DNA of 64,000 nucleotides from an uncultured Erysipelotrichaceae bacterium (GTDB lineage Bacteria; Bacillota_I; Bacilli_A; RF39; UBA660): NCBI GenBank assembly GCA_902767245.1, contig CACXGO010000018.1, positions 27,708 to 91,707 of the forward strand, read 5' to 3'. Shown piece by piece: positions 1 to 7,244 of this stretch (position 1 is its first letter; each line of letters starts with the position of its first letter). The notes under the pieces were generated by a model. It saw only the letters and a program-made list of their open reading frames with translations, ran no database searches and was not told where the DNA came from. The position numbers and the translations under genes were made by a program.

Positions 1-959
1 TTCATGCATCTAAAGGTCTTGATTTTAAAATTTGTTATTTTGCTGATTTAAATAAAGAATTCTCCATCAGAGAAATCAAAAATAGATTCTTATTTTCACC
101 TAAATATGGTTTGATTATTCCTGTTTTTAAAGAAGGAATAAAACCAACTATTTATAAGACATTATATAAAAATGAATATATAGCTGAAGAAATTTCAGAA
201 CGAATAAGACTTTTTTATGTAGCTTTAACAAGAACAAAAGAAGATATGATTTTTGTTACTGATTTAAGTGAAAAAGAAATTAAATTAGATGATAATACTA
301 GAATGAATTATCGCTCATTTAAAGACATTTTAGAATCCGTTAAAGCAGATTTAAAGGATTTCATAATTAATGCTTCAGATTTTGAAATAAATAGAAAATA
401 TGAGTATATTAAAATAAAAAAAGAAGTCAAAGAATTTAAAACATTTGAAACAATTGATATTAATATTGAAAAAGAAAGAGTAGAAGAAACAAAATATTCA
501 CATAGTGTTACAGAACTTAAAGATAACATTTTACTTGAATTTGGTTCTAAAATCCATGAATATTTAGAATATATTGATTTTAATGATTTTGATGCTTCTT
601 TAAATAGTTTAGACATCAATGATTTCTTTAAAAATAAAATTGAATTAATAAAAAATCAACCATTTTTAAAAGAAAATGCCATTTATCATAAAGAATATGA
701 ATTCATGTTTAATGGAAATATAGGTAAAATAGATTTACTTATTGAAACTGATGATAAATTAATTGTTGTTGATTATAAGTTAAAAGAAATTGATGAATAT
801 TATTATTTTGATCAAGTAAGAGGATATATGAATTATTTAAAAACTATTTCCAATAAAGAAATAGAAGGGTATTTATATTCTATATTTGACGGAGTTTACA
901 TAAAAGTTGAAGAGCAAAGCTCTTCTTTTTGTTGCAAAAAAAAAGTTTTTGTTTTATAA
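1..959 (+). CDS. addA: C-terminal part of an AddA/RecB-type SF1 (UvrD-family) helicase-nuclease; the 5' end lies outside the window
   Basis: Frame 3 is open from the window edge. HASKGLDF matches helicase motif V and RLFYVALTRTKEDMIFV matches motif VI. The C-terminal RecB-family nuclease signature is GKIDLLIETDDKLIVVDYKLK. Confidence 0.7.
   Translation, partial: HASKGLDFKICYFADLNKEFSIREIKNRFLFSPKYGLIIPVFKEGIKPTIYKTLYKNEYIAEEISERIRLFYVALTRTKEDMIFVTDLSEKEIKLDDNTRMNYRSFKDILESVKADLKDFIINASDFEINRKYEYIKIKKEVKEFKTFETIDINIEKERVEETKYSHSVTELKDNILLEFGSKIHEYLEYIDFNDFDASLNSLDINDFFKNKIELIKNQPFLKENAIYHKEYEFMFNGNIGKIDLLIETDDKLIVVDYKLKEIDEYYYFDQVRGYMNYLKTISNKEIEGYLYSIFDGVYIKVEEQSSSFCCKKKVFVL
909..930 (+). 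terminator. Rho-independent terminator-like hairpin inside the last codons of addA
   Basis: GAAGAGC-AAA-GCTCTTC stem-loop followed by TTTTT; the stop codon lies 29 nt further downstream. Confidence 0.45.
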
Positions 960-988
960 TTATTTATAGAATAGAAGGAGAATAAAAA

Positions 989-1882
989 ATGAATCAAGAA
1001 AATAATTTTAATCAAGACAATGGATTTAATTCAAATAATGAATATAATCCAAATAACTATAACGAAAATAGTTATGAACCAAATTATCAAAATGTTGATA
1101 ATAATATGAATAATTATCAACCAAATCCAGAAAATCATGAAAAGGAAGAACCAAAGAAAAGTAATAATGCTTTATTGATAGTATTTATGATTATTTCATT
1201 ATTGCTTGCTGGTTATATTGTTTATGACAAAGCAATTAAGAAGGAAGAGGTAAAAGAACCTGAAAAACCAGTTGAGGTTTTAATGACTGAAGCAGAAGCT
1301 TTAAACGTAGGTACTGAAGTATATAGAAAACTTGAAAAATACCAAAGCAATTTAAAAAGTTTACCAAATGCTTCAAATAAAGAAAACACATATGAAGGTG
1401 TTTACTACAAATATGATAATTTTTCCGAAGAATTCAAATCAATTTTTGCAAGTAATATTAAATTGGTTGATGTTTTTCGACAGGATATTTATAGCGAAGA
1501 TATGACTGAAGAGCAAAAACAAGATATTAAAGCTGATGTTGATGGTAAGTATAGTTATGTAAATGTAAATAATACTTACTATGTTGATGCAGAATGTCGT
1601 GCTAGTGGATATGCAGCTGAATTTAAAAATTTGAAAGTAGAAAAGATTAATAAGGATAAACTAACTTTTAGCTATAAATTTTTACCTGAATATCATGAAT
1701 GCACTGATGATGAGGATAGTTTATTAAACGATAATTGCTACGAAAATATGGATGAATATAACAAATCATTAACTGCTCAAAATAATTTAACATTAGAAAT
1801 AGTAAATGAAGAAAACGAATGGAAAATTTCAAAAGTTACAATTCAAGGAAGATGCGGTTATACATACAATGTAGGTAATTAA
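989..1882 (+). CDS. Bitopic membrane protein with an N/Y/Q-rich cytoplasmic head, one TM and a Cys-containing ectodomain; paralog of 42913..43929
   Basis: RBS GAAGGAG upstream. The N-terminal 60 aa are low complexity (MNQENNFNQDNGFNSNNEYNPNNYNENSYEPNYQN...). The TM is ALLIVFMIISLLLAGYIVY, followed by KKEEVKEPEKP. The first ~100 aa are near-identical to the ORF at 42913. Confidence 0.6.
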   Translation: MNQENNFNQDNGFNSNNEYNPNNYNENSYEPNYQNVDNNMNNYQPNPENHEKEEPKKSNNALLIVFMIISLLLAGYIVYDKAIKKEEVKEPEKPVEVLMTEAEALNVGTEVYRKLEKYQSNLKSLPNASNKENTYEGVYYKYDNFSEEFKSIFASNIKLVDVFRQDIYSEDMTEEQKQDIKADVDGKYSYVNVNNTYYVDAECRASGYAAEFKNLKVEKINKDKLTFSYKFLPEYHECTDDEDSLLNDNCYENMDEYNKSLTAQNNLTLEIVNEENEWKISKVTIQGRCGYTYNVGN

Positions 1883-1942
1883 ATTTCAAAAATTATATCA
1901 AAAAACCTTATTGATTAATTTCAATAAGATTTTTATTTTGAC

Positions 1943-3868
1943 TTAATATTGAACATATAAGTTTGGATCATAAACAGTTCCATTTATTTTAACAAATATA
2001 TAGTATTTTCCTTTCATGCCAATATCATTAATATATTTGTTAACTGTTATTTTTTCACTTTTTTGATCTTCATTAAATACATCAACACACATTGCTGTAT
2101 AAGGCTTTTTACTTATTCTAACATTATATGTTTTATTACTAAATACACCTGCAAGAATTAATTTTACATCATCATCTTTATCAAATGTACCAGTAAATAC
2201 TAAACGATCACTTTCTTTTTTTATTGAAATATTTTTGCTTTTATATGTATCATCAATATTTTTATTAAATATAACCCTTACACTTTTATCAGTTTCAGTT
2301 TCACCCATATTTCCGATAATTGATGCTTCACTTAAATAGTAAGAATTATTAGCATAAAGACTTAATTTTTCAGCACGATAATCATTTGTTGGAAGTTGTA
2401 ATTCATAAATAACTTTGTTATTTTTAATTTCAACTAAAGTACTATTTAAAGCATCAACATCAGTAAGCCCTGCAGGACTATTTAAGTATTTACCATTTTT
2501 CATACTATTTCCACCGGAAAGGATTAAATAGTGATTATTACTTAAATAATCAACGTCAGATATATAAGGAGAGTAGAAGCTAGCGCCTCTTTCTTTCCCA
2601 TATTGCCATACTTGCTCAATTGTCATATTATCAGTGTTAATTTTATAAATAACAGCACGACTATAGTTATTATTGGCATCAACATATTCATCCTTTATTT
2701 TAGAACGATTATTACCATTATCAAAAATGAATACATCGCCATTTGGTAATATTTCAGCAGCATGTTGTGCATATTGCCATTCAAAATTATAACTACCAGT
2801 AAAGAAATATTTTAAATATTCAGCATTCCAACCATTTGGATCTCCAATAATCCAATTAAGTTCACCAGTTTCATAATCAATATTAATAACAGCATCTTGA
2901 TGTCTACCTGATAAAGTTATTGAATTTGTATTTTTATCATACCAAATAGCATTATTATGGAACCAGTCATAATCTGTTGCATATTCATTTAAACCATATG
3001 TTGTTGGAAGGATTTCTTTTAAATCCCAAGTTTTTAAGATTTTTCCGTTTTTTCGATCCATTAAAACAACATAATCTTCAACAGTTCCACTTTTAAAGTC
3101 ATCACTTGCAACAAGTAAGTTTCCATTTTCCATTTCAAAGACATCATGATGATATCCTCCAGGTAAATCATATTCATAATATATTTTCCCAATCAAATCA
3201 ATTTCAACTAAACCAGTTGTATAATATGGTGGATTAATAAGCCTTGAACTGCTTAACATTAAGTGTCCATTTTGAAGTCTTTTAATATCCCATAAATAGT
3301 TATCAGTTAAATAGAATCTAACATCGCCATTAACATCATACCCAGTTGTGTATCCTTTACTTGATGGAGTTACAAAATAAAGTTCTTGATTTAGTTCATC
3401 TTTATCTGCTTTGATACTTGTTGGTAATATTAAATCTTTTGGTAAAGCTTCTGTTTTTATTTTTAAATTTGTAATTGTATTATTAACTTTTAAAACAACC
3501 TTGTTTTCAGTATCTGGATATAAACCATAAACAGGTAAAATATGTTTTTTACTTGGAACAAAAGTATTTGTAAATGTTGTTTTTTCGTCTTTTCCAACAA
3601 CTGTAATTGTTGGAGCTGTTAAGTCATTTGTCTCAAAAATGATTAAAGCTGTTAAAGGTGAATTGCCATAAGGATTAACCATTATTTTGGGATTTTGATA
3701 AGTATAAGCAGTATCTTCACTTATAACTTTTTCTAAAATATTTTGTTCAGCTAATTTATCTTTTACCGTCATTACTTTATCAACACGTTCTGCTTGATAA
3801 TAAATGATAAGTGAAGCAGCAATTGCAAAAGTAATTAATAAAGCAAGTTTAATTAATGGTTTTTTCAT
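1943..3868 (-). CDS. Secreted arylsulfotransferase (ASST) family beta-propeller protein
   Basis: N-terminal signal/TM (MKKPLIKLALLITFAIAASLII). ASST-like motifs GGYHHDVFEMENGNLLV and DWFHNNAIWYD...SGRHQDAVINIDYETGELNWIIGDP. Size (641 aa) is typical of the family. Confidence 0.55.
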   Translation of the reverse strand: MKKPLIKLALLITFAIAASLIIYYQAERVDKVMTVKDKLAEQNILEKVISEDTAYTYQNPKIMVNPYGNSPLTALIIFETNDLTAPTITVVGKDEKTTFTNTFVPSKKHILPVYGLYPDTENKVVLKVNNTITNLKIKTEALPKDLILPTSIKADKDELNQELYFVTPSSKGYTTGYDVNGDVRFYLTDNYLWDIKRLQNGHLMLSSSRLINPPYYTTGLVEIDLIGKIYYEYDLPGGYHHDVFEMENGNLLVASDDFKSGTVEDYVVLMDRKNGKILKTWDLKEILPTTYGLNEYATDYDWFHNNAIWYDKNTNSITLSGRHQDAVINIDYETGELNWIIGDPNGWNAEYLKYFFTGSYNFEWQYAQHAAEILPNGDVFIFDNGNNRSKIKDEYVDANNNYSRAVIYKINTDNMTIEQVWQYGKERGASFYSPYISDVDYLSNNHYLILSGGNSMKNGKYLNSPAGLTDVDALNSTLVEIKNNKVIYELQLPTNDYRAEKLSLYANNSYYLSEASIIGNMGETETDKSVRVIFNKNIDDTYKSKNISIKKESDRLVFTGTFDKDDDVKLILAGVFSNKTYNVRISKKPYTAMCVDVFNEDQKSEKITVNKYINDIGMKGKYYIFVKINGTVYDPNLYVQY

Positions 3869-4413
3869 ATTAATCTAATTTCTCCTTCTTGATAAAATTT
3901 TTTCTTAGGATCAATCCGATCATAGAATAAGATTCCATCTAAATGATCAATTTCGTGTTGGAACGCGATTGATAATTCTTCGCGAGCACGAATTTTTACA
4001 GGATTTCTATCAATATCAAGTCCTTCAATAGTAACTCTAGCATATCTTGGAACATGACCTTCAACTTCACGGTTAACACTTAAACAACCTTCACCAGCTT
4101 CAGCAGCAATAATTTCTGAAGAATTACTAACAATTTTAGGATTAATCAAAACATAATCTTTAAATTTACCAGGTTCTTCTTCATGACATATCATAATGAC
4201 TCTTTTTAAAATTCCCAGTTGAGGAAAAGCAAGTCCCATACCAGGACGCAAAGAATATTTTTCTGCCATTTTATCAATTTGGCTTAATCTTAGTTCTTTA
4301 AGACCACGTTTTATTAATTCTTTTTCTTTTTCATTTAAATCTTCAGTTACTAAATCACATTTAGTTCTTAAAGCTTTTTCTTTTTCATCTAAAATATTTA
4401 ATTTTTTAAACAT
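3865..4413 (-). CDS. def: Peptide deformylase
   Basis: The three canonical motifs are present: GMGLAFPQLG, EGCLS and HEIDHLDG. Confidence 0.9.
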   Translation of the reverse strand: MFKKLNILDEKEKALRTKCDLVTEDLNEKEKELIKRGLKELRLSQIDKMAEKYSLRPGMGLAFPQLGILKRVIMICHEEEPGKFKDYVLINPKIVSNSSEIIAAEAGEGCLSVNREVEGHVPRYARVTIEGLDIDRNPVKIRAREELSIAFQHEIDHLDGILFYDRIDPKKKFYQEGEIRLI

Positions 4414-4568
4414 TTCTCAACACCTAATAACATTTTACCACAAATAAGCAAAAATAAGAAATTTTATTTATATAAAAAGGAAAATAAAACTAAACAAAGT
4501 ATATTAAAAATAGAGGAGCATAAAAAATTACCTTGGACTTTTTTATTACAAAGAAGGAGGTGATCAGT

Positions 4569-4670
4569 ATGAGTAAAAGATATTATATAATAAGTCTTTT
4601 AAGGCATATTATAAAAATCCTTCTTATTCTACTAATACTTATTCTCGTAATAAAAATAGATATTAGTTAG
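4569..4670 (+). CDS. 33-aa hydrophobic peptide, type I toxin-like (copy 1); absent from the ORF track
   Basis: ATG at 4569 is preceded by AAGGAGGTGAT. The product is MSKRYYIISLLRHIIKILLILLILILVIKIDIS: a basic N-terminus, a single TM and a short polar tail. It is conserved in copy 2. Confidence 0.6.
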   Translation: MSKRYYIISLLRHIIKILLILLILILVIKIDIS

Positions 4671-4723
4671 AAATAGCTAATATCTAAAAAAGAAAACCCA
4701 AGGTAACACATAAGTGCTCCTCT
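4650..4723 (-). ncRNA. Candidate antisense sRNA (type I antitoxin-like) convergent with the copy 1 peptide
   Basis: Minus-strand promoter TTTACT (4757-4752), 16-nt spacer, extended -10 TGATATAAT (4738-4730). The 11-bp GAAA-loop hairpin (4659-4684) is followed by TATTTTTATT on the minus strand only. The RNA would overlap the last ~7 codons and the 3' UTR of the peptide mRNA. Ends are predicted, not mapped. Confidence 0.5.
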
Positions 4724-4873
4724 ATAAATATTATATCATAATAGCGAATAAAGTAAATAAAATTTTTTTATTAATTTAAGCAGAAAAATAAAACCAAATA
4801 AAGTATATTAAAAATAGAGGAGCACTGAAAAAATTACCTTGGACTTTTTTATTACAAAGAAGGAGGTGATAAT

Positions 4874-4975
4874 ATGAGTAAAAGAAATTATATATTAAGC
4901 CTTCTTGGACGCATAATATTAATACTTTTTATTCTATTCTTACTTATTCTCGTAATAAAAATAGATATTAGTTAG
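4874..4975 (+). CDS. 33-aa hydrophobic peptide, type I toxin-like (copy 2); absent from the ORF track
   Basis: ATG at 4874 is preceded by AAGGAGGTGAT. The product is MSKRNYILSLLGRIILILFILFLLILVIKIDIS. Substitutions relative to copy 1 keep the frame and the hydrophobicity. Confidence 0.6.
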   Translation: MSKRNYILSLLGRIILILFILFLLILVIKIDIS

Positions 4976-5027
4976 AAATAGCTAATATCTAAAACAACAA
5001 TCCAAGGTAACACATAAGTGCTCCTCT
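4955..5027 (-). ncRNA. Candidate antisense sRNA (copy 2)
   Basis: Same architecture as copy 1: TTTACT (5061-5056), 16-nt spacer, TGATATAAT (5042-5034), and hairpin 4964-4989 followed by a minus-strand T-run. Confidence 0.5.
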
Positions 5028-5064
5028 ATAAATATTATATCAAAATAATGAATAAAGTAAACAC

Positions 5065-5097
5065 TTAAAAAGATATTAGATAATTTTATCTAATATC
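5065..5097 (-). terminator. Rho-independent terminator of the YjcZ-like gene
   Basis: GATATTAGAT-AATTTT-ATCTAATATC hairpin (5072-5097), followed by TTTTT on the minus strand. Confidence 0.6.
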
Positions 5098-5121
5098 AAT
5101 ATCTAATAAAAGGTATATTAA

Positions 5122-5286
5122 TTAGTCACGATTATTTCCACCAAAAGCTCTTGTACCAATAACAATTACTAATAGAATAAATAATACTAAAATAATAGCT
5201 GCACCATATCCACCATTATTACCATAATATGGTTGATAACCATAGCATTGATTTCCATAACCTTGATAGCCTCCGTAATAATACAT
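5122..5286 (-). CDS. 54-aa Gly/Tyr-rich tiny membrane protein, YjcZ-like (sporulation-associated family); absent from the ORF track
   Basis: RBS GGAGGAAT is followed by ATG. The product is MYYYGGYQGYGNQCYGYQPYYGNNGGYGAAIILVLFILLVIVIGTRAFGGNNRD: a GYG-rich head followed by an AAIILVLFILLVIV helix, as in YjcZ-family proteins. Confidence 0.6.
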   Translation of the reverse strand: MYYYGGYQGYGNQCYGYQPYYGNNGGYGAAIILVLFILLVIVIGTRAFGGNNRD

Positions 5287-5393
5287 AATAATTCCTCCTA
5301 TCTAATTATATTTTATTTGAATATGCATAATGTGAATACTAAAAAAACCTAGAAAAGTATAAAAATAACTATTCAAATATCCAAGAATATGAT

Positions 5394-6620
5394 ATGATTA
5401 GAGAGAAAATATGTGAGGCGATTACTTTGAAAAAATTAAAAAAAATAGTAATTGATCTAAGAAATGCTTATCGTGATATGGATAAAGTTCTTTTTTTTGT
5501 TGCAGCATTATTGTTTGTTTTCGGACTTATCAATATTTTGACTGCATCTAGTCGCGAAGCTGTTGTTAATAATGGAGTATCAATGACATATTATTTTAAA
5601 AAGCAATTAGAAGCTCTAATAATTGCCTTTTTTGCATGTAATGTTATTTATATAATTCCAACTAAAAAATACTACAAATATATGTTCATATTATATGTAT
5701 TTATAATGGGTTTAATAGGATATTTAGTAATTTGGGGTAAAGAAATAAATGGGGCCAAAAACTGGCTCACATTTAAATATATTAAGTTTTCATTTCAACC
5801 AAGTGAAGTTATGAAAATAATTGTAATATGTGCTTTAGCACTTTTATTTGAGAAATATTATCGTTCATTAAAAGATAAATTTACATCAAAAAACAAATTA
5901 AATCATATATATATTTATATTATTACCTGTTTTATGGCTCCAATGTTATTAATTTTTTTACAAAAAGACTTAGGAACTATGTTTGTAATATTTGTTATAG
6001 CTGCAGTTCTTTATTTATTAAGTCCAATAAATAATAAAGACAAATTTAAAATGATTGGTTATGCCGCAGGCTTAGGAATAATCGGATTACTAATAATTTT
6101 TGCTATAAAAGGTAGTATTTTAACGCCTGCTCAAAAAGCACGTTTAACAAACTTTTTTAAACCATGCGACACTTATGAAACAGGAGGTTACCAAGTTTGT
6201 AATTGCTTTATAGCAATTAATAATGGTGGATTATTTGGAGTTGGGCCTGGAAAAAGCACTCAAAAGTATTCATTTATACCAGAACCTCATACTGATTCAG
6301 TATTCGCTATTTTTGCTGAGGAATATGGTGTCTTAGGGGCAATAGTATTATTCTTTTTCTATTTAGTTATTATAAAAAGAATAATAAATATTTCTTCCAA
6401 TGCTAAAACGATAAGAGGAAGATTCATAACCCTTGGAATTGCAATATATATAATGTGTCATATTTTTATTAATTTAGGTGGTATTTTTGGACTTATCCCA
6501 CTTACGGGAATTCCACTTCCATTTTTATCATATGGTGGAACATACGCAATTACACTTGCAGTTGCAATTGCAATCGTTGAAAGAATTGATATTGAATCAA
6601 AAAAACAAATTGAAATATAA
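5394..6620 (+). CDS. SEDS-family peptidoglycan polymerase (FtsW/RodA/SpoVE family)
   Basis: About 10 TM segments. Family motifs include QPSE(V)MKI, DLGT, PEPHTDSVFA and LPFLSYGGT. Confidence 0.85.
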   Translation: MIREKICEAITLKKLKKIVIDLRNAYRDMDKVLFFVAALLFVFGLINILTASSREAVVNNGVSMTYYFKKQLEALIIAFFACNVIYIIPTKKYYKYMFILYVFIMGLIGYLVIWGKEINGAKNWLTFKYIKFSFQPSEVMKIIVICALALLFEKYYRSLKDKFTSKNKLNHIYIYIITCFMAPMLLIFLQKDLGTMFVIFVIAAVLYLLSPINNKDKFKMIGYAAGLGIIGLLIIFAIKGSILTPAQKARLTNFFKPCDTYETGGYQVCNCFIAINNGGLFGVGPGKSTQKYSFIPEPHTDSVFAIFAEEYGVLGAIVLFFFYLVIIKRIINISSNAKTIRGRFITLGIAIYIMCHIFINLGGIFGLIPLTGIPLPFLSYGGTYAITLAVAIAIVERIDIESKKQIEI

Positions 6621-6668
6621 AAAAGGATTTAAGAAAAAAAGAGAGTATATTTATAATTGGAGGCGATT

Positions 6669-7244
6669 ATGAATATACTTTTTAATTTTAAAACTTTATT
6701 TATTATTTCAATTTTTTTAATAGTTATTGGTTTTTCATTAAATTCTGAAAATAAAATTATTGTCGAGGTTAAAGGGGAAGTTAAAAATCCAGGGATTTAT
6801 GAAATAAAATCCGAAAAAATAGTTCAAGATGTTTTAAATCTGGCGGAATTAACTAAATATTCTGATACAAGTCAAATTAACTTGAGTAGAAAAGTTTATG
6901 ATGAAATGGTAATTATTGTACCAACTAAAGAAGAAATAAATAATTTAACCATTAAAACAGCTTATAAAGTAATTGAAAATGAATGTGTGTGTCCAAAAAT
7001 TATAAATGATAGCTGCATTTCACTAACTGTTCCAGAAGACGAAATGATAAAAAACGAAAAAATTTCTTTAAACAATGCAGCAAAAGAAGAACTGATGACT
7101 TTACCAGGAATTGGAGAAACAAAAGCCGATGCTATTATTGAGTATCGCAAATTAAATAAGTTTAATAAACTTGAAGATATTATGAATATTAAGGGAATTG
7201 GAAAAAGTATTTATGAAAAACTCAAGGATTATATATCTCTTTAA
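6669..7244 (+). CDS. comEA: Competence protein ComEA (DNA receptor; SLBB plus tandem helix-hairpin-helix)
   Basis: GGAGG RBS before ATG 6669. N-terminal TM, SLBB-like VEVKGEVKNPGIYE, and C-terminal HhH LMTLPGIGETKADAIIEYR...IKGIGKSIYEKL. Confidence 0.85.
   Translation: MNILFNFKTLFIISIFLIVIGFSLNSENKIIVEVKGEVKNPGIYEIKSEKIVQDVLNLAELTKYSDTSQINLSRKVYDEMVIIVPTKEEINNLTIKTAYKVIENECVCPKIINDSCISLTVPEDEMIKNEKISLNNAAKEELMTLPGIGETKADAIIEYRKLNKFNKLEDIMNIKGIGKSIYEKLKDYISL

Larger units (their letters stand above)
4479..5062. repeat. Tandem direct duplication (two units, period ~305 bp) of a small-ORF plus inverted-repeat module
   Basis: Unit 1 is ~4479-4783 and unit 2 is ~4784-5062. The units align over promoter-like boxes, SD, ORF, hairpin and flanking inverted arms, with scattered substitutions. 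Confidence 0.85.

Noticed and set aside
308-619. 103-aa minus-strand ORF inside addA. The same applies to similar 60-115-aa ORFs antisense to or overlapping larger genes: 6962-7150, 10359-10625, 11830-12033, 11934-12224, 13775-14011, 15576-15788, 25922-26269, 29953-30171, 31589-31780, 41740-41970, 45392-45580, 46347-46577, 48138-48404, 48332-48532, 49934-50167, 51441-51656, 52298-52528, 53041-53247, 53765-54031, 55659-55928, 57194-57487 and 58875-59096.
   Set aside because: Each lies entirely within, or mostly overlaps, a longer ORF with strong family motifs. Each lacks an RBS and has Ser/Leu/Phe/Ile-rich composition typical of shadow frames in AT-rich DNA.
4680-4722. 13-codon minus-strand mini-ORF (MCYLGFSFLDISYF) behind a GAGGAG inside the predicted antisense RNA
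   Set aside because: The SD-like sequence and the ATG are by-products of the inverted-repeat symmetry. The ORF is very short and unremarkable, and is more simply part of a non-coding antisense RNA.
4511-4724. Interpretation of the inverted arms (TAGAGGAGCA..TTACCTTGG / CCAAGGTAA..GTGCTCCTCTA) as terminal inverted repeats of a MITE
   Set aside because: Conservation between the two units extends beyond the arms into promoter-like boxes. The interior keeps an intact SD-ORF with frame-preserving substitutions and a strand-specific terminator. No target-site duplication was seen. A MITE cannot be fully excluded without genome-wide copy counts.
6478-6672. 64-aa plus-strand ORF overlapping the 3' end of the ftsW-family gene in another frame
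   Set aside because: It is an out-of-frame overlap with a well-supported SEDS gene. It has no RBS, and its repetitive LQLQLQ composition comes from the other frame's GCA/ATT codons.
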